From the NCBI GenBank assembly GCA_904063045.1, contig CAJFCJ010000012.1, forward strand, positions 124,001 through 188,000: 64,000 nt of DNA. The letters are read 5' to 3'. The notes beneath the pieces were generated by a model, which was not told the origin of the DNA, ran no database searches, and was given only the letters and a program-made list of their open reading frames with translations. Origin of the DNA: Dimorphilus gyrociliatus. Lineage: Eukaryota > Animalia > Annelida. The position numbers and the translations under genes were made by a program. Shown piece by piece: positions 27,273 through 38,946 of the stretch (positions within the stretch are counted from its first letter, which is position 1; each line of letters starts with the position of its first letter).

Positions 27273-28120
27273 ATGCATTTTGGCAAGATCATTTTTCTAA
27301 TTACTACCGTTGAACTAATAAAAGCATGCGGATCTGGTAGAAGATTTTATAGAGGCTCAAAACACCAGAAGCTTGTACCTCTTGTGTTTAAGCAGCATGT
27401 TCCTAATTATTCTGAACAATCTATAGCAGCAAGTGGAAAATTCTCAGCTAAAGTTCGTAGAGATAGTAAAGAATTTCAAAAACTGGCTTTTGTGGACAAA
27501 AGTAGTGATATAATTTTTAAGGATAACGAAGGAACCGGAGCCGACAGGCTAATGACACAGGTATTAAGAGCTAAACTATAAAATCTAATTGTAAAAACGA
27601 AAGCTGTTCGTTGTATAGCATTAAGAAATTGTTTCGTAAGAAGAGAATTCAGTTAACACTTTTAATTTAATTAAAATTATGTAGAAGAAATTCTTGCTCA
27701 TACTGTCCTTTAAAGAAACTCCTTTAACAAATAGAATTCGTTTAAATAAATGCAGCCCCCCTGTTTATTCCTTAGTAAATACATTATTCCTTATTTTAAT
27801 GTTCTTTCTGAACAGAGGTGTAAAGATAAATTGAATAGCCTCTCTATTATGGTAGCAAATGAATGGCCTGGTATAAAGGTCAGAGTTATCGAAGCATATG
27901 ATGAGGACGATCAACATCAGGAGGAAAGTTTACACTACGAAGGAAGGGCGTTAGATATAACGACTTCTGACATTGATAAGTCGAAATATGGAATGTTGGC
28001 CAGGTTAGCTGTTTTAGCTGGTTTTGATTGGGTTTATTACGAAAGTCGATATTATGTTCATTGTTCTTGTAAACCTGGTAAGATACCTATAATATCTATA
28101 TATCTATACAGTATATATAA

Positions 28121-28161
<41 letters not shown>

Positions 28162-28797
28162 GGTAGATCAATAGAACCTCTACAAATTACCTGTCGAAAA
28201 TTTTCAGATGATCTTACGTCAACATTCGGTGGAGGTTGTTTTTCCTTAAATTCTACTGTTCAAACAAATTACGGATTGAGGACGTTAACAGAACTCAAAA
28301 AGGGAGATTTAATTCAAACTATTAATTCTGATGGACAGTTAATATTTACGGAATTTTTAACTTTTCTACATTTTTCTGTGAATACTTTAACGACTTTTAC
28401 AAAATTGATTTTAGAAGATGGCAGAAAATTACTTTTAACCGATAATCATTTAATTTATACACGTAGAAAAGGAATGATCTTCTCTAGAGATTTACTAATT
28501 AATGATGAATTAAAAAGTGAAAAAGAGTATATTAAAATTATATCTATTGACCGAATTAATCAGATTGGATATTCTGCTCCTCTAACAAAGCACGGTACTT
28601 TACTCGTTAATGGACTTTGGTGTTCCTGCTACGCCGAAGTTTTTAGTCACGATTTAGCTCACGTCTCCATGAAACCTATTAGACTTTTGCCAATTTTTGC
28701 TGAACATGTGATAAATTATTACGTTTGGTTCTTAGTTCACCTTGGAAGATTTGTTTTACCCGAAAACTACTGGTTTGATTCACATTTCAGTCAATAA
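27273..28797 (+). CDS. hh: Hedgehog precursor (signal peptide, HhN signalling domain, Hint/Hog autoprocessing domain), 3 exons
   Basis: Exons 27273-27560, 27816-28077, 28208-28797. Signal peptide then CGSGRR; [14 protein letters not shown]|RCKDKLN; [15 protein letters not shown]; GFDWVYYES; G|CF cleavage site (Cys codon at 28237); TxxH (LTDNH); APLT..GTLLVNG..SCYA. Confidence 0.97.
28124..28154. repeat. (TA)n microsatellite in hedgehog intron 2, preceded by TATACAGTATA at 28105
   Basis: Read directly. Confidence 0.95.
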
Positions 28798-29716
28798 ACC
28801 TCTCTGCTATTACCTTAAATCGAACATTTTATCTTGATTACCGAAAGAAAAAAAATAAAGTATAAACACAACAGATGTCGCCACCATAAAATGACTTAAA
28901 CTAAGTTCTTAATATTGGTATAAACATGTAGTCTTCTATACAAAAAGAAAAGATCTCTTGAACTTTACACCTTAAATGGAAAAACTGCGTAAACGAATAA
29001 GAAATTTATTTAATATATAGCTCTATATAGTAAATACTAAAAATATAGTAAACAATAGTTTTAAAGTAGCAAATTAACCTTTAAGAGATGCTGTAAATGA
29101 ATTGAATCTAAATGCAGAAATAACAAAAAAATATCATATATGATGACCCATGTATGAAGAAATCATAAAATAATATCTGTTTACTAGTCCTCAGTCAAGT
29201 ATAAATAAATTATCGCTATTGCTAAAGTAATACTTCAAGAAAGTCGTATTTCTTATGTTCTAGTTAATGTGAACTTTATGCTTTTATAACATAATTTTCT
29301 TATTAGAATCAAGTATGATAAAATGATATAATTTATGGAAAATGATGTATAAGATAGTATTTTTAATTTAAGTAGTGTCTTGATTATTCATTTTTTATTA
29401 AGTAAATTAATTAATTTGATAGAAAAGATAAATTAAGAAGGTAAACAAAATACAAAATATTTTTTTTAGCCTTTTTTTTAACTTTTTGAAAATATTTAAT
29501 CCGCTTTTTCCGATTTATTGTAGCTTATTATTTTCAACTTCTAAGTGCAGAAATGCCAAAACGATTTTATCAACTGAGGGTGAGTCAGATAACAAGAAAG
29601 ACGCTAAGAGAAATGAGAGGCTCGTCATGAGGAAGAGAGTTTTACAGAGATTTTTAAAATAATTTAGTCTTTTGTTCATAAACAATTTTCATTCATCATT
29701 TAAAAATATAAACTTT

Positions 29717-30507
29717 TTATCCGATGAAAAAGCGTCTTGAACCTTTGGAACAACTACTTTTTGTATATCCTCCATTACCTGGACCTGTAAATAAGTGGAG
29801 TATTAATAAGTTATGTTATCTAAATTTTATTTAACTAGGAGGCTTACATATACTTTTCATATCTTGGGCGGATTTTTCTTGTCCATCTTGGGCATTACAG
29901 TGCTGAAAAGCATTCTGCTGACAATACCATACTGAGCAATCTTCCAGAGGTATTCCATTACAGGATTTTAATTCACATTTACAGTCTTAATTGTAAAAAA
30001 ATGATTAAATAATAAAATGATGTTGAAAAGAAACTAATTGAATAGGATGATCTTACCGTAAGAAGTAATTTTTTGAATTCTTTTCTTTATTTTATGAAAG
30101 TATTTCACTTTGCAAGGATGTTTATTTACACTTTTCAAGCAAGATAATTGTTTCTTATATGCACCCGAAAATCCTTCAACTGAGAAACCTTTATGGTAAG
30201 ATTTTTCTAATAGTTTTATGAAGATGTAGTTGCAATTTTGAGCCAAATGGAAGCAATGTCTTCTAGTTGATATAATGTTTCTTTTACTTCTTTTCAATGA
30301 TGGGACTGCTATGCCAAGATAGTCCTTTGCTTGAATTTCAATATTCAGGTTACTTTTCATTGGTTTTACTGTAAAGTATAAAATATATATCCTGTAATAC
30401 TATATGTATATATTTAAAGACAAGCAGGAAAATAAGTTAAACTTACTTTGAAGAGTTTTATCAATAGTCAGAGCGAAAAAAATTAGCACTAAGCAATAAC
30501 TTTCCAT
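29717..30507 (-). CDS. Orphan cysteine-rich secreted pro-protein (192 aa; signal peptide, RSKR furin site, 12-Cys mature region), 4 exons
   Basis: Exons (-): 30507-30447, 30368-30057, 29985-29848, 29784-29717. Three phase-1 introns of 78, 71 and 63 nt with GTAAG donors give an uninterrupted ORF. N-terminus MESYCLVLIFFALTIDKTLQ. Confidence 0.72.
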
Positions 30508-33440
30508 TATGCCAGCAGTATATAGTTCCTAATAGAACAGAGAAATTCAAATGCTGGGATTTGCCAGTCACATGCAGAGGTGATTAGTACCACGACACGT
30601 GACAATGAATAATATTTTTAGTACATCTAATCTAAAAAAAATTATCAGTCATAGTTTGTTGAAAAACGAAGAAGAGTATCCTTATGGGTATTTGGTCCCA
30701 CGCGAAGATCTGGTGATTTTATCAATGTTTCACGGTTTTTATTATCTTTCAATAATTGTTAAGGTTGTAACTTTGTACAATGTTAATCTAAAAAAAACAA
30801 TATATTATCTTTCTTTATATCAAAAAACTAGTTAATTTGATTAGTTATATTTGTTATCAAAACTTAGTTGTAAGTGTTAACCTTTACATTCTTTCTATTG
30901 AACTTTATTCCAATAAAAAAATGATTTTGTGCCTTTTCATTCTTATCTTTCCATTAAATGAAAAAAGTATTAAATTGAATGAAATATACTAAATTCATTT
31001 GCTTACTGCAATACTTTTAATAAGTGTCGTTATTTTCGTTCATATAAAATGATTACAATTTTCAGGGTCAAAATTGCGTAACATTTTACAAAAGTGAATT
31101 TGCGTCTAATATCATAATGTTATCTTTTACTTATTTATTTATATGGTCTAAATATCATTTGAAAATAATCTTCTATATCATTCATATTCAATTTAATGTT
31201 CAAAACGATTTTTTGTCCTTTTAAAGAGACGAGGTAACGGAGAAATGTTCTTTAGGCCATAAACTGGTTTCAAGATATTATTTTTTTTCTGAGATTATCA
31301 GATAATAATATATTTACTAAACAAAATAACAAAAAAAAACACTAAAAAAGACTTTTTATTAGATACATTTCGATTTATTTAAAAATGAAAAATATTCATT
31401 TTTTATAAGATTCTTATGAAATCAATATATTATAGTTCATTTATCATACGATATTTTTTTGTTATCTCTATCAAAATCCTGGATTTCTTATACTTTGTTA
31501 CACATTTTAGTGATATTTGAAGAATGAGTATTCCTATAAAATTATTCTCTTTTTCGTATACTTTGCATAATGAAAAGCTTAATATGTATAATAGCTATTT
31601 TTTGTATAGAATATTACAATATGAGCTATAAAGTGGAAAGTATTGAAAAATCGGTAATCTTAATAACGATGAAATATAGTTTTTATTGAGAAATTATCAG
31701 AATTATTGATATATTTTCTTAAAGTCAATACATTTATTATTGAGGTTATCAGAGTTTGAACTTTGGAAAAAATGACCTAGTAGTTTTAATTTTGAAAAAA
31801 CTGTCAAACTGTATATAATCTTTTGATATGAAAAATTCAATTAAATTATTGGACCTATTATTAATATTTTTATTATGAATATCATTAAATAAATCATTGC
31901 GATGTTAGAATATGGAAAAAGAAATTTTCCAACTTGAAACGAATTGAAATAACCTTATATATTAAAAGTATTGATTTTTTAAAATTATTGATCTTCTATT
32001 AATATCTATTATCTATTAAGGTTCATAAAGTAATAAATTTTTTTAGCTTGAAAGTTATAAAATATACGTGTAATCTTTTTTGGGTTTTTACCTGACTTAA
32101 TATTTTTTATGAAATATACTTATGATATTAGAATTTACTATATTCAATGCTTGTAGTTGACAATGCTACATAAGACTCTATTATAAGCAATGAACCAATT
32201 TAAATTACATTCCATAGAAGTAACTACATGTGTAAACAGTATATATTTCCAAACGATATTATAAGAAAGATCATGATCGATAAAAAGTTATTTTACGAAG
32301 TATTAATGTTTTCTTAATCAGTTTTATGTTTCGTCTGATATAAAGTGAACATTTTTTATGTATCGTTATCATTTAATATCAGTACTTGTTAAAGTAAATT
32401 CAATAACCTTTAAGATAGTAATACATTACTTAACAATTGTTAAAATTTCATTGATTGTATTACAAAGGTTTGTAAAGAAAGAAAAACGGCAAAGAATAGG
32501 GAAAGGATTAATTAAAATTTTCTTCTGATATTTTATTTTTTAATCCAAACTAGAAATGGCAGTCGTCGTATTATCGTTGTATTAGTTTTATAATATATGT
32601 TAAGTTTTTTATTTTTTATTTATTCAATGAATAACAAACTTAATTGCATATTGTATATACTTCACATCTACTTGTTACCCTAGTTTACAATTGCAACAGA
32701 TTTTATCATACGACCAATTACATTTTACCTAAAATATTCCAAAATTTGCTTATTTCTTTCTGAATATCAATTAATGTTACAAGGATATTTATAAAAAGTG
32801 CTTAGTAATAGTTAGATCAAACTACTATATTTACATTATGAAATACTTTTCTAAAACATGAAAGTTTAATATATAGTATCTTGAAAAGCATATTTAAATT
32901 GACAATAGATGGCGATATTTTTCAAGATTATGATTAAGAAATTTTAAAACTATTGTATTTTATGTAATTACGAACGATTAGAACTTAATGAAATGTTATT
33001 AGACTATTTTCTAACTGAAAACGGTAATTTTATATAGAAAATATGATAAACTATCAGCTTTATATTTTAAATAATAAGTCTATTGAAAGGAAAAGGAAAA
33101 TTTTATATATTTATATTTCCAAAAGAGTGTAATAACTGCCTATAACACTCTTATTTTCATATATACACTATTTTAGTACATCTACTTTCTCTTTCGTATG
33201 AATTATCTTATATACTTTTCAATACGCTAATTAAGGTTGATGAAATTAATTTACGACCTAGTAAAATCATGATTTACACTTTAGACTTATTACTAACAAA
33301 TATTTATGAATATTTCTATACAAACTAAAAACGGTTCTATAATTATCAAATTACAAAATTAAAAGTTCTGAGTTTCTTATTACATTCAATTTGGTCATAT
33401 ATTTTCTAATATCTCACTTGCACTTTGATACTTATAAGCG

Positions 33441-36400
33441 ATGAAAGCTTCTTCCTTAGTGATATTATTTGCAGCAATCGGTTCTTCTTCTTCGTCAAGT
33501 AACTGATCTTATTATTTAAGAATTATTAAGAATATTTTTGATTTTGAAAATTACAGACTCCGATGTGAAGAGCCACGATAATATCGGTTTACCTCTACCA
33601 TTTGTATATCCATCTGGCACTGGGGGTGGTGACAATTGCCACTTTCCGTTTTATTCAGGCCAATCAATTTGGTTTGGCTGTCAATATGGGGGCATTGGTT
33701 ATGCTCCTTGGTGTAGCACTGTTGCCAACAAAGATGAAAATAAAATCGGTTTTTGTATATTTGACGACTGTAAATTTACTCCAGATGGAGCAGGTTACAA
33801 GGGAACTTTAGCAGTAACAAACTTTGGGAATCCCTGCATTAGCTGGACTAGTGAGCCTACTTTTACATCTATTGGTATTCCTGAATCAACAACTGCAGAG
33901 GCCAATAATTATTGTAGATCTGCTTTACCTGGATTTATACCAGAAATGATGTGCTTTATACAAAATCCTGACCCTTTTGGTTATCCATTTGTTGAAACAT
34001 GTGGCGCTGTAATTCCTATGTGTGAGAACCTTAAGTATAATTGTCAAGAAAGACTTGTCACTCCTTTACCTGGTGTCTCGTTTACGGCCAATACTACCAG
34101 AAATAGTACATTCCCTAATCATGCCAAGGTTAGTGCTTCTTCCGTTTGGTGTGCTGCGGTAAACGATGAATATCAATGGTTGCAAATAGATTTTGTAACA
34201 AGACATGCTTTTGTTGGAATTGGAATGTATGTCCCTGGGGCTGCTGATGGATATGTGTCTACGTATCGTTTGCTTTTAAGTAATGATTCTGTTATTTGGA
34301 GCGATACACTAACTATAGAAGAAATTCAAGGCCCTACTCGAAAAAATGAATACGGAGTAGAAATATTTTTAGAATTTTCACGGTACATTCGAATTATTCC
34401 GATAACGTGGGTTGACAATATTTGCCTTCAAGTTGAAATAGGAGGATGTGAATGTTGGTATTATTTTTTATTGCACAGTAGTTAAGATATACAATATTCG
34501 TATTATTTAATCACTGACAGATTATAATCCTTGCTATTCATTTCCTTGTCAAAACAATGGAACTTGCCAGGGAAATTCTTTCCATCGTTCTTTCACTTGT
34601 ACCTGCACACTTGATTTTACGGGAAAAACGTGCGATAGTTATGTTGATTTTTGCCAATCTAAACCTTGTCAAAATGGAGGAAATTGTACAAATACGAGAA
34701 TTCTTGGAATAAATAGTACTAAATATACGTGCGATTGCGATTCTGCTGGTTTTTATTCTGGTGTTCATTGTGAAATCGGGTCGGCAGAATCATGTGTTCG
34801 GTTATTTGAGTATAACATAACCAGAAGCGATTTTTATACCTTAAATACAAGCTTTTCCAAAGAGTGTGAAATGAAAAAGAAAGCTATACAAATTCATCAA
34901 GTAACCTTCATTCTTATGATACTAGATAACATAACTACTGGTCTAGAATGTGCTAACATGTGTTTAAGAAATGAACTTTGTAGAGCAGCATCATTAACAA
35001 GGAGCCCCTATTATTGTTTTCTTCACTCAAAAGAAGATGAAGTTGAGCTGCTTAATGTAAACCTTAATAGAAATTCAGAATTTTACGTTAAGGAGTGTAG
35101 TTTACTATTTAGAGCATTTTGTGAATTTGATGTTGTAGCAAGAAAGGTTAAAACTGCAATTTTCACTTTGAAAACAGGTTTGAAAATAGTGCCTTATTCA
35201 CCTCCTGAGCGTTTTCAATATTTAGTTCGTTATGAGGCTACGGAAAGTCAAATTGCTTCTCTAAAAAATAATTCACATTCTTGTCAGCAAAGCTTTCTAC
35301 AAATGTGTTCTTTTTCTAGTAACAGCGATTGGTCAATTCAATTCCATGACTTTAACATAAAAAAATTTACTGAGGGACATAAAGTATCTTGCAGTAAATG
35401 TCTATTGGATGAACAATGCATACCAAGTACTGAATGCGCTTGTGCAGCTGGTGTAGGAAATTCTCTAGATAGTGGGCATTTTAGAAAATTAACTGATATA
35501 CCAATAAGAGCCGTCAGTAGTGGAAATAGTAATCCTGCTTACAACTCAATGTCTTTTGCTGTTGGCCATTTTGTTTGTGAGTTTGACTTGGCCAAATCAG
35601 ATCCTTGTTCACCATCACCCTGTTTCAACGGAACCTGTATTACAATAGGAAATAATTATATATGCAATTGCACTAATGGCTATGGAAATTATGACTGCAG
35701 TTACGATATAGACGAATGTGCATCCTCTCCATGTCGAGACATTTCAACTATTTCATGCACTGATTTAGTTAATGAATACAAGTGCAACTGTAATCCAGGA
35801 TTTACAGGAAAGAACTGTGAAACTCGTAATTATTTCTATTTGGGTACAAAGAGTTATTAATATCATTTACTAAAATACAGACATCGATGACTGTTCTTCG
35901 TCACCTTGTGAAAATAATGGATCATGCATTGACAACGATAATTTCTATACATGTTTGTGCTTTCCAGGTTTTTACGGAGTACGATGTCAGAATGGTCTGT
36001 AAAGAAAAACAACTGTATATTCTTTTGATTTAAATGGATTAATCTAAATTTTTATAGAGTATAATGAATGCCAACCGAATCCTTGTATCAATGCTGATAG
36101 TTGCACTGATAAAGTTAATGACTACGAATGCCTGTGTCTTCCAGGTTATGAAGGGAAAAACTGCGAAAAAGGTATATTATCTAAACTGTAATCACTCTAA
36201 TAAATGTGTTTTACAGATACTAAAGAATGTGATAGTAATCCTTGCTTGCATAACGGTGAATGTAAAGAAAATACCATTAATTCATATACTTGCAAGTGTC
36301 GAAGTGGCTTTTCGGGAGATCGGTGTGAAATCGATGAAGACGAATGTGTATCTGAGCCTTGTTTTAATGGCGCAACTTGTCAAGATGCAAAAGGATTTTA

Positions 36401-38245
36401 CCTCTGTGTTTGTACAGAAGGATTCAGTGGTAGCAGATGTCAAGAAAGTAAGATTTCTTTTCTCAGCGATGAAGTAAGATTGATCGTTTAATGTTTATAA
36501 CAGATTTGAATGATTGCATCGTGAATAATTGTAAAAATGGAGGTAGTTGTATTGATGGTATTGCCGATTATAGTTGCTATTGTGTTTCTGGATATGAAGG
36601 GGACCACTGTGAGATAGGTAAGATTTAATTTGTCTTCAGAATGATATAAAAATGAAATTCATATGTATAGAGGTAGAAGAATGCCTATCGGACCCCTGTA
36701 AAAATGGCGGCTCCTGTTTTGAAGGAAATATTGGGGAATATCGCTGCGAATGTCCAAATGGATTCACTGGTTCACAATGTGAGGTTAACATAGACGATTG
36801 TAAAATAGAGCCTTGTTTAAATAAAGGCCAATGTGTCGATGGTATAGCAGATTTTACTTGTAATTGCCCTCCTCCTTTCACTGGCCACATTTGCAATGCA
36901 GGTAATTTTTCTTAAAACTTGATTCATTCAAAAAGAAAATAATTTCAGTAATAACGGATGGTGAATGGGGTGGATGGCAAGATTGGTCTTCCTGCTCTGT
37001 TGATTGTGGACTTGGAGTTAGAATCCGCAAAAGATCTTGTAACAATCCTTTACCTCGGAATGGAGGTAGAGTATGCAAAGGAGACATTTCTCAACTTGAG
37101 TTGTGCAACGAAAGTGAATGTACATCAAGAAATGGTAATTGGGGGCTTTGGTCGGTTTGGTCTGCTTGCAGTGTAACTTGTAGTTCTGGCTTTAGAAGCA
37201 AATTAAGAAAATGTAATAATCCTACACCAATCAATGGAAAAGATTGCGAGGGAGAAGCCGAAATAACAGAGGGCTGTGAAGAGGTCGAATGTGGGAGTCC
37301 TGTAGATGGAAATTGGAGTCCTTGGGGAAGTTGGTCATCCTGCTCACATTCGTGCGACCCAGGTGTAAAATTTAGAGAAAAGCTATGTAATTCACCAAAG
37401 CCTCAATGGGGTGGAAAAGATTGCGTTGGTATACACAGAGATTATCAGAGTTGCCAAGTTAAAGCTTGTACGACTATAAAGAAATGTCCGGACAACTTTG
37501 AGAACTGGAGTGAATGTGATAAAGAATGTGGAGTGGGAAAACGATCCAGATTGAAGACTTGTTCAGTCGAATATGCAGAAAAAGGAAACCAATCTCAAGC
37601 AATTAAGCATAGTTTTTTACAATATGAACACGAATACTGTTTTGAGAGAGATTGTTCAAGTAATACCCCCGTATCTTTAACATATAACATATACTAAAGT
37701 CACTTTTTATTTTCAGCTTTGACTTGTATGAATTGTGAAGCAGTCTTAGACTTTACAATCCGAAAATTTACCTGTAGAGGACCAAATGTGCCATGTTCGG
37801 AATCAAATACTGTATGCCTTTACAAATTCGTAAAAAATAATTTGAAGTCTAGTATTACCAAGAGATGCGGACAAGAAAGTGAATGTCCAAAGCAGCTATC
37901 AGAAAAATGTTCAATTGCGTTAAAATATCTGATAGATGAGATCAATAAGTAAAATATTTTTTATAAAAATGTCTTTCTCAATAATTTATTTTAATAAAAA
38001 ATATCCTTTTTTACAGCGAAACTCCATTGCATTCTTTTGAAGATCTCGAACCAAATATTGATAGTCTTTATGAATGGTTTGAAAAACTTGAAGAAACGGA
38101 ATGCATATTCTGTTGTAGAGGAACAAATTGTAATGGTCCTGTGTTACCTCCTTCAGTAACTCTTTATTCGAAAGGTAGCTTGCTTTGGAATAACTTTATT
38201 TTAACGTATAGTTTCTTAATTTTATCAATATATTTTTCAATATAA
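33441..38245 (+). CDS. Mosaic extracellular protein (about 1411 aa): SP-FN2-kringle-F5/8C-EGFx2-fibrinogen-like with PAN insert-EGFx9-TSP1x4-Ly6/uPAR-like-hydrophobic tail (probable GPI anchor), 11 exons
   Basis: Exons 33441-33498, 33557-34453, 34521-35825, 35881-35994, 36058-36171, 36217-36447, 36504-36617, 36671-36901, 36949-37659, 37717-37948, 38017-38245; all phase-compatible (the 34453 donor is the least certain). Motifs: CHFPF..WCST..GFC (FN2), GYKGT..NYCR (kringle), WCA..QWLQIDF..RYIRIIP (F5/8C), Ca-EGF repeats, W..W..CS.TC (TSP1), CCRGTNCN. Confidence 0.92.
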
Positions 38246-38932
38246 AAGCTGATGAGAAATCATTAATATTTATATATATTCGTATTCAACATAACGTTTA
38301 TTTGAAAGATTTAAACACTATCTTAGTGATTTAGTTGACTAAGTAATTTAGAGAATTAGTTGTTGTAAATAGGAAACTTAATGAATTTTTAATTTAACAA
38401 TAGAAAAAAAGTAATTTATAAAATACTGTATAACTGTTTATTATTAATAATTAAAATTTGAAAATTTTAATGTCACTGTTGTTTATTGGAATTAATTTTA
38501 ATGGAATTTGATCATATTATGCAAAACGATTCATTTCTTTCATCATTTTATTAAATTTTCCTATTTAATATTTTTATAGTTTTTGTTAACTAAACTAAGA
38601 TTTGACTTAGATCAGCGAACTAATTAAATATGATGGTTGCACTAGCCAATTTTGTCTATTTTCGTAACAATCTATCTGGTAATGAAGGGAATCAATTTGT
38701 TAATTGTTGGCTGCATTTCTTCTTTGGGAATAGTTGTTTTTGTTCTCTTTATTTTTTATCAATAACAGACAATTATATATAAAGAATCTGTATATTTTAC
38801 ATTTATATAGGAAGTGTATTAGCTTTCAAACACTTTCAAGTGTTTTAAGATCAATTTATACGATATTTATTACGATATCAGTTAGATAAATAAAACAATC
38901 CTCGTTTTTATTGTTTGACTGTAGAACAGCGG

Positions 38933-38946
38933 CAGTAGATGGCAGT
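38933..38946 (+). promoter_or_regulatory. CTCF-like motif CAGTAGATGGCAGT downstream of the mosaic gene
   Basis: Motif match only. Confidence 0.35.

Noticed and set aside
36064-37176. ORFs 36064-36477, 36636-36896, 36878-37087 and 36958-37176
   Set aside because: Off-frame or antisense to the EGF/TSP1 exons of the mosaic gene.
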